NCBI GenBank assembly: GCA_014896485.1
Contig: JADBKH010000009.1
Coordinates: 28,800-92,799, forward strand
Length of the DNA: 64,000 nt
Source of the DNA: Bacillota bacterium
GTDB taxonomy: Bacteria > Bacillota > Bacilli > Bu12
Reading direction: 5' to 3'
The notes under the pieces are model-generated. The model had not been told where the DNA came from, made no database searches, and saw nothing but the letters and a program-made list of their open reading frames with translations. A program made the translations under genes and the position numbers. How positions within the stretch are numbered: position 1 is the first letter of the stretch; every line of letters begins with the position of its first letter. Positions 1-9,640 of this stretch are shown here, piece after piece.

Positions 1-56
1 CATGTTTAAAGCGGCGCAGCTAGGGTAGGTAACGGCGAATGCATGCGTTGCGCAGG

Positions 57-533
57 TTAAAGCCGCTCGTAAGTTCCGACAAGGCGGTTCATGCCGATAC
101 AATGGGGTTCGATCTCTTGAAGCAGCTGCCACAATGTCAAGCCTGGCGCAAGATTAAGCTCTTGGTTCAACGCAAAAAGCCAGAAGTAGTAATGATGGGG
201 ACCATGGCCGTTGGGGGGCATGGGCCCACCGTAATTTTGCTGGCCAAAGTCGTTCTTGCCCTTGGTATAACCGTCGACCCCTTCTGGCAAGGACGTGACC
301 GATGCTGGAATATTGTAAAGCACCCAGTGGACAAAGCCATAGGTTCCAGGAGAGATTAACGGGGCGTCGGGATCGTGGCAGATGAGCGCCAAGGACTTCG
401 TCCCTTCGGGGACATTCTGCCACGCAAACGGCGGTGAGATGTTTTCACCTTCTCCGGTGTACCGCTTTGGAATCGGCTCCCCGGAACGAAAAGCGCTACT
501 GGTCAACTGCATACTGGTCGGTACAAATCCCAT
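57..533 (-). CDS. YbhB/YbcL (PEBP, Raf-kinase-inhibitor-like) family protein
   Basis: Translation matches the PEBP pattern '...SAFRSGEPIPKRYTGEGENISPPFAWQNVPEGTKSLALICHDPDAP...'. Start chosen at MGFVP, which has a GGGAGG Shine-Dalgarno 9 nt upstream; the track ORF extends to 602. Confidence 0.8.
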   Translation of the reverse strand: MGFVPTSMQLTSSAFRSGEPIPKRYTGEGENISPPFAWQNVPEGTKSLALICHDPDAPLISPGTYGFVHWVLYNIPASVTSLPEGVDGYTKGKNDFGQQNYGGPMPPNGHGPHHYYFWLFALNQELNLAPGLTLWQLLQEIEPHCIGMNRLVGTYERL

Positions 534-736
534 CGGCGATCTACCTCCCTGAAAATTTACCATAAGAACAGAGGAACGGACTGTCAAGCAGCGCCAGGGC
601 AATTTGGGAAAGTTCTTTCAAAAATGATACAGGAAGCGTATAAAGGATCTATGGATGCTCTTAGAGAAGAACTTTCCTCCTTGGACGTTTCAAGGAGTAT
701 CGCGCATCGAGCGCCCTGAGTTTAAACGAAGAGAGC

Positions 737-1726
737 GTGGGGACCATGCCCTTGCATAAGAATTTGGATCCAGAGTTGTCAGAAGCAGCAGAACAGCTGC
801 AAACACTTTTTGGTTCGTTGAATATGTCCCATCTTTCGCTTGAACAGATTCCTGCCATGCGTCACGCACTGCACCAAGCAGCAGCTGCAGCTGCTGCTAC
901 AGCGGCAATTCCAGAGGTCACCGTAGAGGAAGAATGGATCCCAGGTCCACAAGACGCTCCCCAACTGCGCTTGAAGATCTATCGGCCCAAGCAGCAGGAA
1001 GGGGTTTTACCCTGCTTTTACCATATTCATGGGGGCGGTATGATCTTGGGCGACATTGAGATGGAAGACGGACAAATGCGTACTTTCGCCGATCAGCTCA
1101 ATGCTGTGGTCACCAATGTGGAGTACCGCCTTGCTCCAGAACATCCTCATCCGGCCCCGGTAGAGGATTGCTATGCTGGCTTGCAGTGGGTAGCCGCCCA
1201 TGCCGAGGCGTTGAGAATCGATCCGACACATATTGTCGTGGGCGGTGAGAGCGCAGGAGGTGGCCTCAGTGCTGCAACGGTCTTGTTGGCCAGAGATCGT
1301 GGGGGACCGTCGATCCGTTTCCAATACTTAATCTATCCGATGCTCGACGATCGCAACGAAACGTTGTCCAGCCAGCAGTTTCACGGCAATTGGCCTGGGT
1401 GGCCCCGTGAGATGAATTTGCTCGGATGGCAAGCGTTGCTGGGAGATCGCGTAGGAGGACCAGACGTTTCCCCCTATGCGGCACCGGCCCGGGCAACTGA
1501 CCTCTCCAACCTACCACCGGCGTACCTGGAAGTGGGGACACTGGAGGTCTTCCGGGATGAAGACATCGCGTACGCATGGCGCATGATGCAGCAAGACGTT
1601 GCGGTCGAGCTCCATGTCAATGCAGGCACTTTTCATGCATGGGAGTTGGGAGCGCCGAATGCTCGCGTTACGCAACGCGCGGTAGCACGGCGTATGGATG
1701 TTCTGCAACGCGCCCTATGGGGTTGA
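737..1726 (+). CDS. alpha/beta hydrolase, hormone-sensitive-lipase-family esterase/lipase
   Basis: HGGG oxyanion-hole motif (YHIHGGGMILG) and GESAGG nucleophile elbow; 329 aa. Confidence 0.85.
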   Translation: MGTMPLHKNLDPELSEAAEQLQTLFGSLNMSHLSLEQIPAMRHALHQAAAAAAATAAIPEVTVEEEWIPGPQDAPQLRLKIYRPKQQEGVLPCFYHIHGGGMILGDIEMEDGQMRTFADQLNAVVTNVEYRLAPEHPHPAPVEDCYAGLQWVAAHAEALRIDPTHIVVGGESAGGGLSAATVLLARDRGGPSIRFQYLIYPMLDDRNETLSSQQFHGNWPGWPREMNLLGWQALLGDRVGGPDVSPYAAPARATDLSNLPPAYLEVGTLEVFRDEDIAYAWRMMQQDVAVELHVNAGTFHAWELGAPNARVTQRAVARRMDVLQRALWG

Positions 1727-1746
1727 CTGGAGCGGAGGTGAATATT

Positions 1747-2676
1747 GTGGCAGAACCGTTAAATATTGGCGATCCTTTTCCTTCCTTTGTCGCACAGACG
1801 TATGACGGTCGCCCCGTCGATGTGGAAGCGCTGTATCGCCAAGGGCCGCTCTATCTTGTTTTTTTGCGTGGCTTTGCTTGTCCGTATTGCCGGCGCAATT
1901 TGGCCGATTTGCAAGCTCACGCTCGGGATTTTGAGGCAGAAGGGGCTACGGTGTTGATCATTGGGCCGGATGATGCCAGCACGTTCCAAAAATACTTCCA
2001 AGCCCATGAACTTACCTTTCTGGCTATTGCCGACCCACAGCATACCTTGTTGGATCGATATGGACAGCAAGTGAAATGGTACCGGTTGGGGAGGATGCCT
2101 GCGGAGGCATTGGTCAATACGATGGGTGTGGTCCGTTTTGTTCATTACGGCCATAGCATGGCCGATATTCCGCCCGTGGAAGAAGTGCTCGAGCAGATCC
2201 GTACATTGAAGGAGGTGGGCGAAACGTTTCCTGAGATTCATGCGATGGATGCCAATGGCATTGAAAGGCATCTCTCCGATTACAAGGGTAAACAAGCGGT
2301 GGTGCTCTACTTCTATCCCAAAGATATGACGCCGGGCTGCACGCGCGAAGCCCATGATTTCAATGACCATTTGTCTGAGTTTCAAGCCTTGCAGGCCAGT
2401 GTGCTGGGGATCAGCGTGGACACACAGGAGAGCCATCAGGCGTTTGCCAACAGCTGCAACCTGCAATTCCCGCTACTCTCGGATGCCAATGGCCAGATCG
2501 CCGATTCGCTGGGACTTTTGACCGAGATTCCTGGACATCCGGAATTGGGCCGCGTAGCCAAGCGAACCACTTTCGTCATCGACCGCGAGGGGGTGTTGCG
2601 CGCCCGCTTTGATGTAGACAAGGTCGATGGGCACGTCGAAGAAGTACTTGGCGCCGTTCGCGCTCTTCGTTCTTAA
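1747..2676 (+). CDS. two-domain thiol peroxidase: N-terminal redoxin domain (CPYC) fused to a Bcp-type peroxiredoxin (PGCT)
   Basis: N-terminal half 'LVFLRGFACPYCRRNLADLQ' is thioredoxin-fold with a CxxC motif. C-terminal half 'VVLYFYPKDMTPGCTREAHDF...' is a Bcp/PrxQ peroxiredoxin with its peroxidatic Cys. GTG start with GGAGG 8 nt upstream; the ATG-extended track ORF (1576) overlaps the esterase and is rejected. Confidence 0.8.
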   Translation: MAEPLNIGDPFPSFVAQTYDGRPVDVEALYRQGPLYLVFLRGFACPYCRRNLADLQAHARDFEAEGATVLIIGPDDASTFQKYFQAHELTFLAIADPQHTLLDRYGQQVKWYRLGRMPAEALVNTMGVVRFVHYGHSMADIPPVEEVLEQIRTLKEVGETFPEIHAMDANGIERHLSDYKGKQAVVLYFYPKDMTPGCTREAHDFNDHLSEFQALQASVLGISVDTQESHQAFANSCNLQFPLLSDANGQIADSLGLLTEIPGHPELGRVAKRTTFVIDREGVLRARFDVDKVDGHVEEVLGAVRALRS

Positions 2677-2708
2677 AGCCCACCCGATTGCCATCCCAAC
2701 CCTTTTTC

Positions 2709-2744
2709 AAACGCAGGGGGCCAAGAGTCTCCTGCGTTTTATTA
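2709..2744 (+). terminator. rho-independent terminator after the peroxiredoxin gene
   Basis: AAACGCAGG(GGGCCAAGAGTCT)CCTGCGTTTTATT: GC-rich hairpin followed by a T-run. Confidence 0.7.
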
Positions 2745-2852
2745 TCATTGCAAAAGTGAAATAAAAGTGATACAACCTCCGATAGGATGACATCTATTCA
2801 TCAGACATCAGACATCTTACATCGGCGGATAGGGAGGTGAGGGCACAGCATC

Positions 2853-3635
2853 ATGCTTTCTCAAGATCACAAGCTTCTCTACGAAGAGGTGGTCGCATTA
2901 TTGCGTAACCAGCTCGAACAACAGCAGTGGAAGCCCGGAGAGCAACTTCCGAGTGAAGCCGAGTTGAGCGCGGCATTTGGTGTGAGCCGCTCGACCATCC
3001 GCGAGGCCGTCCTTTGCCTCGTAGAAGAAGGCGTGCTGATCAAAAAGCGTGGCCGCGGCACGTTTGTCAATGCACCTGTATCGATTCATGCAGGGCTTGA
3101 AACACTGATGAGTGTGACGGAATGGATTGAACAGAGTGGATTTCGTGCCGGGACCGCCGATTATGAGATCGGTTTTCGTCCGGCTTCGCCCCAGGAGATA
3201 CGCCTCTTTAAGGAGGAGCAGGAGCACGTTGTCGGTGTCATCCATCGCGTTCGCACCAAAGATGATCTTCCGTGTGCCTACTGCGAAGATATCCTGCCTG
3301 TCCGGTTGGCTCCGACAGCTTCAGAGGAGATGGGTACCTCCTTGTTTGCCTTTTTGGAGCAACAGCGTGGAGAGCGGATCACCTTGGCACAAAGCAAGGT
3401 GAAGGTGGAGACTGCTTCGACGCAGATACAGGAAGCCTTGCATTTAAGCGGTCCAGAACCGCTGCTGGTGCTGGAGCAAGTCCATTTCGACGAACACCGC
3501 AAGCCTGTTTTGCTCTCCAAAGATTGTTTTATACCGAACGAATTCAATTTTAATTTGGTGCGGAAACGTCGCTTGTCCGGTGGAAGCAGGCGCGATACCC
3601 AAAGAAGGGAAGTTAGGACAGATGAGACATTTTAA
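2853..3635 (+). CDS. GntR-family transcriptional regulator, HutC/UTRA subfamily
   Basis: N-terminal winged helix-turn-helix 'LPSEAELSAAFGVSRSTIREAV..L..EG.L....GRGTFV' with a C-terminal UTRA-like effector domain. Sits immediately upstream of the nucleoside ABC transporter. Confidence 0.85.
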   Translation: MLSQDHKLLYEEVVALLRNQLEQQQWKPGEQLPSEAELSAAFGVSRSTIREAVLCLVEEGVLIKKRGRGTFVNAPVSIHAGLETLMSVTEWIEQSGFRAGTADYEIGFRPASPQEIRLFKEEQEHVVGVIHRVRTKDDLPCAYCEDILPVRLAPTASEEMGTSLFAFLEQQRGERITLAQSKVKVETASTQIQEALHLSGPEPLLVLEQVHFDEHRKPVLLSKDCFIPNEFNFNLVRKRRLSGGSRRDTQRREVRTDETF

Positions 3636-4719
3636 GCGGGGGACGATTGGCTTTATCGGTGCATCGTTGGCGGTCCTGCTTGCCGCTTGTGGCGGGAGTG
3701 GTTCGGCTGGCTCGACGAACACTCCCTCCCAGCAAAGCAATAGCGCAGCTGCCTCACAAGCTGCAGGGGAAGGGACATCGGGCAGCGGTACTGCTTCCGG
3801 ACTGAAGGTTGGCCTTGTTGCCGATGTTGGAGGATTGCATGATCATTCTTTTAATCAGTCTGCGGATGATGGATTGATGCGCGCCCAAAAAGAGTTGGGG
3901 ATTCAGGCGACAGCCGTTCAATCGCAACGTCCAGAAGATTATGTCACCAATTTGAGCAACCTTGCCCAACAAGGAGACCAACTGGTCATTGCTGTTGGGT
4001 TCAATATGACCGACGCAGTCCAGCAAGTGGCTCCCCAATTCCCGAAAACCCATTTCCTGCTCATCGACTCGACGGTAAATCTCCCCAACGTCACCTCCGC
4101 CCTCTTTAAGTCGGAGCAGGCCGGCTATTTGGTGGGTGCCCTCTCGGGCCTGCTAGAGACGAAGGGAGGACTGCCCCATCTCAATGGGCAAAACGTGGTG
4201 GGGGTGATCGGGGGTCAGGAGATTCCGCCTGTCGACTCCTATATTGCCGGTTTTCAACAGGGCTTTAAACAGACGGATCCTTCAGGGAAGGTCCTTCTGC
4301 GCTATGTCGGGAACTTCACCGACACTGCAGCAGGCGAGCAGCTGGCCAGCCTTGAAATCAGTCAGGGTACTGATATTGTCTTCCAGGTAGCAGGGCCGGT
4401 AGGCCAAGGCGTTTTCAATGCCGCATCACAACACAACGCCTATGCCATCGGCGTCGATTCTGACGAATCGTACTTGGCGCCCAACGTGGTCCTCACCAGC
4501 GCCATAAAGCGGGTCGATGTTGCCGTATTCGATACCATAAAGGCTTTGCAGGACAATTCGCTTCAGTCTGGGGTCTCCACTTTTGAATTGAAAAATGACG
4601 GCGTCGGTATGGCCCCTCCGATGAAGGGCATCCCCCAGGCGATCGTCGATCAGGTGAATCAGTTGAAGCAACAGATCGTTGCAGGACAAATCACGGTGTC
4701 CCCTGAGGTGCAGAAATAA
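3622..4719 (+). CDS. BMP-family (basic membrane lipoprotein, PnrA/Med/NupN-like) substrate-binding lipoprotein of a nucleoside ABC transporter
   Basis: Lipoprotein signal with LLAAC lipobox (MRHFKRGTIGFIGASLAVLLAACGG), Ser/Gly-rich linker, BMP fold motifs. Start refined from the track ORF 3580. Confidence 0.9.
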   Translation: MRHFKRGTIGFIGASLAVLLAACGGSGSAGSTNTPSQQSNSAAASQAAGEGTSGSGTASGLKVGLVADVGGLHDHSFNQSADDGLMRAQKELGIQATAVQSQRPEDYVTNLSNLAQQGDQLVIAVGFNMTDAVQQVAPQFPKTHFLLIDSTVNLPNVTSALFKSEQAGYLVGALSGLLETKGGLPHLNGQNVVGVIGGQEIPPVDSYIAGFQQGFKQTDPSGKVLLRYVGNFTDTAAGEQLASLEISQGTDIVFQVAGPVGQGVFNAASQHNAYAIGVDSDESYLAPNVVLTSAIKRVDVAVFDTIKALQDNSLQSGVSTFELKNDGVGMAPPMKGIPQAIVDQVNQLKQQIVAGQITVSPEVQK

Positions 4720-4763
4720 CCTTTCAGGCAAAATGCTTCCCTTTGCCATGAGGAGATGCACAT

Positions 4764-6290
4764 GTGAACGTACTTGAGCTAAAAGGAATTACCAAGCGGT
4801 TTCCCGGTGTGTTGGCCAATGATCACGTTTCGTTTGAGCTGGCCGAAGGAGAGGTGCATGCCATCCTCGGCGAAAACGGCGCAGGCAAGTCGACCTTGAT
4901 GAATGTCCTCTACGGATTGTATGAACCCGATGAGGGAGAGATCGTGCTCAATGGGACGCCGGTACGCTTGAGCGGCCCCCGTGATGCGATTGCGCACGGC
5001 ATTGGCATGGTCCACCAGCATTTCATGCTGATCGGGGCGATGACGGTAACGGAAAACATCATCCTGGGCGACGAGCCGACACCGGTGTGGTATCACCGCC
5101 GTGAAGCGGAAGAACGGATACGTTCCCTATCCGAACAGTATCACCTGGGTGTCGATCCCCATGCCCGCATCGAGAGCTTGCCGGTCGGGTTGCAGCAGCG
5201 GGTTGAAATCCTCAAAGCTTTCTACCGGCAAGCCCACATTTTGATTTTGGACGAGCCCACTGCAGCATTAACCCCCCAGGAGAGCGAAGAGCTGTTTTCG
5301 ATCATCCGTCACTTGACGCAGCAGGGTATCTCGGTGATCTTCATCAGCCACAAGCTTGACGAGGTGCTGCAGATCGCCGATCGCGTGACCGTCATGCGTC
5401 GGGGCGTCGCGGAGGCAACCCTATCTGCTCGGGACGCCACGCCGCAGCAACTGGCCAACCTCATGGTCGGTCGCGACGTGGTCTTGCGTGTCGAGAAGCC
5501 CCCTCAAGAGGCGGGCGAAGTCTTGTTGTCGGTGCGTCACTTGCAGGTAGCCGGGCGCGATGGCGTCGAACGGGTGCATGATGTCTCCTTCAACGTGCGT
5601 GCTGGCGAGATCTTCGGCATTGCCGGCGTGGAAGGCAATGGCCAGTTTGAGCTGGCGGAAGCACTTGCTGGCGTCTTGCCGGTGAGCGGTGGTCAGCTGT
5701 TGCTCGCTGGAAAGGCAATTACCTCCATGTCGGCATTGGAGCGAGCCCGAGCTGGAATCGGCTATATCCCTGAAGATCGCAGCACCGAAGGGCTGATTTC
5801 AGATTTTAGCATTACAGATAATTTCTTGCTGAAAGAATGGCAAAATCCGAGATTTTTTGGACCGCTCGGGTTGCGGCGTTCGGTCGCCGAGGCGTACGCC
5901 TTGGAAGAGATGGAGGCTTTCGACGTCCGCCCGCGTGATCCGCGCCTGCCTGCAGGACATCTTTCAGGAGGCAATCAGCAGAAGGTGATCCTTGCCCGGG
6001 AGGTGAGTCGTTCTCCCCAACTGTTGATTGCAGCACAACCAACCCGTGGCTTGGATGTGGGCGCGATCGAATTTGTCCACCAGCAGCTGCTGAGGCTGCG
6101 AGAGGCAGGGCGGGCCGTACTGCTCATCTCGCTTGAGCTGGACGAGATTCTGACGTTGTCGGATCGGATCGGTGTCCTTTACGGTGGAAGATTGGTTGCC
6201 GTTGTACCAGGAGAGACGGCAACGCGGGAGCAATTGGGTGGGTACATGACCGGCGCCACTCCGGCGCAGGAGGAAGGGGTGGTACCATGA
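4764..6290 (+). CDS. ABC transporter ATP-binding protein with duplicated ATPase domains, nucleoside/sugar type
   Basis: Walker A GENGAGKST in domain 1, a second nucleotide-binding domain, and an LSGGNQQK signature. GTG start with GAGGAG Shine-Dalgarno. Confidence 0.9.
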   Translation: MNVLELKGITKRFPGVLANDHVSFELAEGEVHAILGENGAGKSTLMNVLYGLYEPDEGEIVLNGTPVRLSGPRDAIAHGIGMVHQHFMLIGAMTVTENIILGDEPTPVWYHRREAEERIRSLSEQYHLGVDPHARIESLPVGLQQRVEILKAFYRQAHILILDEPTAALTPQESEELFSIIRHLTQQGISVIFISHKLDEVLQIADRVTVMRRGVAEATLSARDATPQQLANLMVGRDVVLRVEKPPQEAGEVLLSVRHLQVAGRDGVERVHDVSFNVRAGEIFGIAGVEGNGQFELAEALAGVLPVSGGQLLLAGKAITSMSALERARAGIGYIPEDRSTEGLISDFSITDNFLLKEWQNPRFFGPLGLRRSVAEAYALEEMEAFDVRPRDPRLPAGHLSGGNQQKVILAREVSRSPQLLIAAQPTRGLDVGAIEFVHQQLLRLREAGRAVLLISLELDEILTLSDRIGVLYGGRLVAVVPGETATREQLGGYMTGATPAQEEGVVP

Positions 6291-7399
6291 GTGCAGGGAC
6301 GCCGGTGCGGCGTTGGGGAGCCATTGGAGGAGTGTTCTTTCCGGTGCTCTCCGTCCTCTTGGCCCTCGTGGTCGGCAGCATCGTTGCAGCAGCCACGGGC
6401 TATAACCCTCTGGGGACCATTGGTGCGCTGGTGGACGGAGCTTTTGGGGATCCAACACGGATCGCCGCCACTTTGTCGGCGGCCATTCCCCTAATGATCG
6501 TCGGTTTGGGTGTGGCCGTCACGTTTCAGGCCGGTTTGTTCAACATCGGTGCAGAAGGACAGTATTGGATTGGGGCGCTGGCAGCCACCTATGTCGGCTA
6601 TGCCATCTCCTTGCCTCCTATACTCCATATCCTGGCTTGCTTTTTGGCCGCGATGATCGCCGCGGGAATATGGGCTGGCCTGATTCCTGGGCTGGCAAAA
6701 GCGTACCGGGGAGCCAACGAGGTGATCACCACCATGATGCTCTCCTATGTCGCCATTTACCTGGGTCAGTACCTCGTTGAAAGTGGCCCCATGAAGGCCC
6801 CAGGAACCTTACCTCAATCCCCGATCATTGCCCCGAGTGCCACCTTGCCTATCTTGGTGCAGCCGCAATTTTCGGCAGGCATTTTCGTCGCAATTGTCGC
6901 AGCAGCCGTCCTATGGTGGCTTTTCTACCGCTCCAGCTGGGGCTACCAGCTGCGTACGATTGGACGCAACCCTGTGGCAGCACGATATGCGGGCATGTCT
7001 GTGGCACGACAGTATGTATTGGCGTTGGGCGTCAGTGGTATGTTGGCAGGTTTGGCCGGTGCTGCCCAAATCCTTGGCGTGCAACACCGCATTTATGACA
7101 GCTTTTCTTCTGGGTACGGCTACACCGCTATCGCCGTGGCCCTGCTGGGGCGCAACAATCCGATCGGAGTTGTACTCGCAGCCATCTTGTTCGGCGCCCT
7201 GACGACTGGCGGTCAGATGATGCAGATCAATGCCGGGGTCGACGCCCAATTGGCCAATGTGATCGAGGGACTCATCGTCTTTTTCGTAGCAGCAGAAGCA
7301 ATCATCCGCTGGATTCAGGGACGTTTTCACTTGCCACGGCGAGCGAGTGGACGACCCCAGCATGCTGAAACGCCAGCGGTTGTGGAAGGGGAACGCTGA
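6287..7399 (+). CDS. ABC transporter permease (BMP/nucleoside system, NupP/YufP-like)
   Basis: Polytopic membrane protein translationally coupled to the ATPase (overlapping start). Confidence 0.85.
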   Translation: MSAGTPVRRWGAIGGVFFPVLSVLLALVVGSIVAAATGYNPLGTIGALVDGAFGDPTRIAATLSAAIPLMIVGLGVAVTFQAGLFNIGAEGQYWIGALAATYVGYAISLPPILHILACFLAAMIAAGIWAGLIPGLAKAYRGANEVITTMMLSYVAIYLGQYLVESGPMKAPGTLPQSPIIAPSATLPILVQPQFSAGIFVAIVAAAVLWWLFYRSSWGYQLRTIGRNPVAARYAGMSVARQYVLALGVSGMLAGLAGAAQILGVQHRIYDSFSSGYGYTAIAVALLGRNNPIGVVLAAILFGALTTGGQMMQINAGVDAQLANVIEGLIVFFVAAEAIIRWIQGRFHLPRRASGRPQHAETPAVVEGER

Positions 7400-8325
7400 T
7401 GGACCTCGCTACGATCTTTTTAAGTCCGACGTTGTGGGCCATGACCCTCTCGTTGGGAACGCCCATCGCACTGGCTGCACTGGGAGGCACTTTCTCGGAA
7501 CGTTCCGGAGTCGTCAATATTGCCATGGAAGGGATTATGCTGACCGCTGCCTTTTTTGCTGTCTTCTTCAGTAGCTTGACAGGCAATGCATGGCTCGGCC
7601 TCCTGCTTGCAGTCGCCTGTGGACTGGGGATGGGGCTTTTGATGGCTTGGGCGGCGGTCCACCTGCGCGCAGATCAGATCGTGATCGGGACGGCGGTCAA
7701 TATGATCGCAGCCGGTTTGACCGCTTACTTGCTTCACATCTTTTTCGGCCAAGGCAGTCCTTCCAACACCCCACAGCTGCCCGTCGTCACGATTCCGGGC
7801 CTGGCACAACTCCCCTTTGTCGGCGACGTAATCGGGCACCAGAATGTGATGGTCTACATCACGATCGGCTTGTTTATTCTCGCACACTATGTCTTGTTCC
7901 ACACTGTTTTCGGACTGCGTTTGCGCAGCGCAGGCGAAAATCCACAAGCTACGGAGTCAGCAGGCCTTTCGGTCTATCGCCTGCGCTATTTAGGAGTGCT
8001 GATCGGTGCTTTTCTCTCTGCGTTGGGAGGTGCTTATCTCTCCATTGGGGTGCTCAACAGTTTCACCCAGAATATGACCAGCGGACGTGGTTACATCGCG
8101 TTGGCTGCAATGATTTTCGGGAAATGGACCCCCTGGGGGGCTTTTGGTGCGGCCATGCTTTTTGGCTGGGCTTCGGCTTTGGGTTACATGTTTCAAGGAA
8201 CCTCGGTGCCCTATCAGTTGGTCCTGATTCTCCCGTATGTCCTGACGGTTGTCGCCCTGGTCGGCTTGGTAGGGCGCAGTCGCCCGCCAGCTGCAGATGG
8301 GATCCCGTACGTGCATGCGAGGTAA
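7399..8325 (+). CDS. ABC transporter permease (NupQ/YufQ-like)
   Basis: Second permease of the same operon; overlapping start ATGA with the previous gene. Confidence 0.85.
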   Translation: MDLATIFLSPTLWAMTLSLGTPIALAALGGTFSERSGVVNIAMEGIMLTAAFFAVFFSSLTGNAWLGLLLAVACGLGMGLLMAWAAVHLRADQIVIGTAVNMIAAGLTAYLLHIFFGQGSPSNTPQLPVVTIPGLAQLPFVGDVIGHQNVMVYITIGLFILAHYVLFHTVFGLRLRSAGENPQATESAGLSVYRLRYLGVLIGAFLSALGGAYLSIGVLNSFTQNMTSGRGYIALAAMIFGKWTPWGAFGAAMLFGWASALGYMFQGTSVPYQLVLILPYVLTVVALVGLVGRSRPPAADGIPYVHAR

Positions 8326-8373
8326 GGATAAGGGTAGAAAGACAGAAAAAGAGGTGCCGCACTGAGTAAACGT

Positions 8374-9516
8374 GTGTTACTGATGGTATTGGACGGGATT
8401 GGGGTTGGAGCACTTCCAGACGCGGATCGTTTCGGCGATGCAGGTGCAAATACGTTGGGCCATCTGGCAGATCGCTTGCAGGTGCCGCACTTGCGTGCGC
8501 TGGGACTCGATCGGCTGGTGCATTTTCCGGATGGAAAGCAAGTGCCGGCCAAAGGGGCTTTTGGCAAAATGGCGGAAAAGTCAGCAGGCAAGGATACCTT
8601 GACCGGCCACTGGGAAATGATGGGTGTCATCACTGAAACCGAGCTGCCCCTTTACCCGCAAGGGTTTCCGCCCCAGCTGCTGGACGAAATTTGTGCGCCA
8701 TTCGGCCGAGGCTGGTTGGGCAACAAGGCAGCATCAGGAACGGAGATCATTCAGGAGCTGGGTGATCGACATTGCCAAAGTGGCGACGTTATCATCTACA
8801 CTTCCGGAGATTCGGTATTGCAGATCGCGGCACACGAAGATGTGGTTCCGCGAGAGGAGCTCTACCGTATCTGTGAACACGCCAGAAGTGTGATGCAGGG
8901 CGAACATGGTGTAGGACGAATCATCGCCCGACCGTTTACGGGAAAGTCGGGACAGTATGTGCGTACACCGTATCGCCGGGATTATCCGATACGTCTGGGG
9001 CGGCCTGTGCTGGAATCGCTGGCGGAAGCCGGGATTTCGGCCATTGGAATTGGAAAGATCGGTGATCTTTTCGGAGGAGCTGGACTGGCTGAGGCACCAC
9101 ACACCCTTTCCAACGAGGATGGAATGCGCCGATCCTTGGAAGCGCTTCAGCGGTTGGAGACGGGCTTGGTCTTCACCAACCTGGTGGACTTTGACCAACA
9201 GTATGGCCATCGCCGAGATGTCGAGGGAGAATGTGCGGCGCTGGAAGCGTTTGATGCTTTTCTTCCAGAGGCGATCGGTTTACTGAAAGAAGAAGACCTG
9301 CTGATCATCACCGGCGACCACGGGAATGATCCCACGTATCCAGGCACCGATCATACCCGGGAATATGTACCGCTACTGGTCGGTGGACCGCGTTTTAACG
9401 GGCCGATCGATCTGGGGGTGCGCAGTACCTTTGCCGACATCGGTGCAACGTTGGCAGCGTATTTTGGCGTAGCGCCTCCCCCTGTCGGCCAGTCGTTTCT
9501 GCAGCAACTGGGGTAG
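8374..9516 (+). CDS. deoB: phosphopentomutase
   Basis: N-terminus 'VLLMVLDGIGVG' and C-terminus 'ITGDHGNDPT...' are typical of DeoB. The exact start is uncertain: GTG 8374 or CTG 8362, with the AAGAGGTG Shine-Dalgarno at about 8349. Confidence 0.88.
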   Translation: MLLMVLDGIGVGALPDADRFGDAGANTLGHLADRLQVPHLRALGLDRLVHFPDGKQVPAKGAFGKMAEKSAGKDTLTGHWEMMGVITETELPLYPQGFPPQLLDEICAPFGRGWLGNKAASGTEIIQELGDRHCQSGDVIIYTSGDSVLQIAAHEDVVPREELYRICEHARSVMQGEHGVGRIIARPFTGKSGQYVRTPYRRDYPIRLGRPVLESLAEAGISAIGIGKIGDLFGGAGLAEAPHTLSNEDGMRRSLEALQRLETGLVFTNLVDFDQQYGHRRDVEGECAALEAFDAFLPEAIGLLKEEDLLIITGDHGNDPTYPGTDHTREYVPLLVGGPRFNGPIDLGVRSTFADIGATLAAYFGVAPPPVGQSFLQQLG

Positions 9517-9640
9517 ATCCGTTGGGTTTTCCATCTCCTTTGATAGAACCGGTGTGCAAGACTGCTCAGCGGCGCAATCGCGTACGTGAACGCAGTGAAG
9601 CGCCGGTTCAACTGTTGTAAACTGATAAAATAAGTTTTAG

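Noticed and set aside
1576-1746. 5' extension of the peroxiredoxin ORF to the ATG at 1576
   Set aside because: It would overlap the last 150 nt of the esterase gene in another frame. A GTG with a GGAGG Shine-Dalgarno at 1747 matches the homologous N-terminus.
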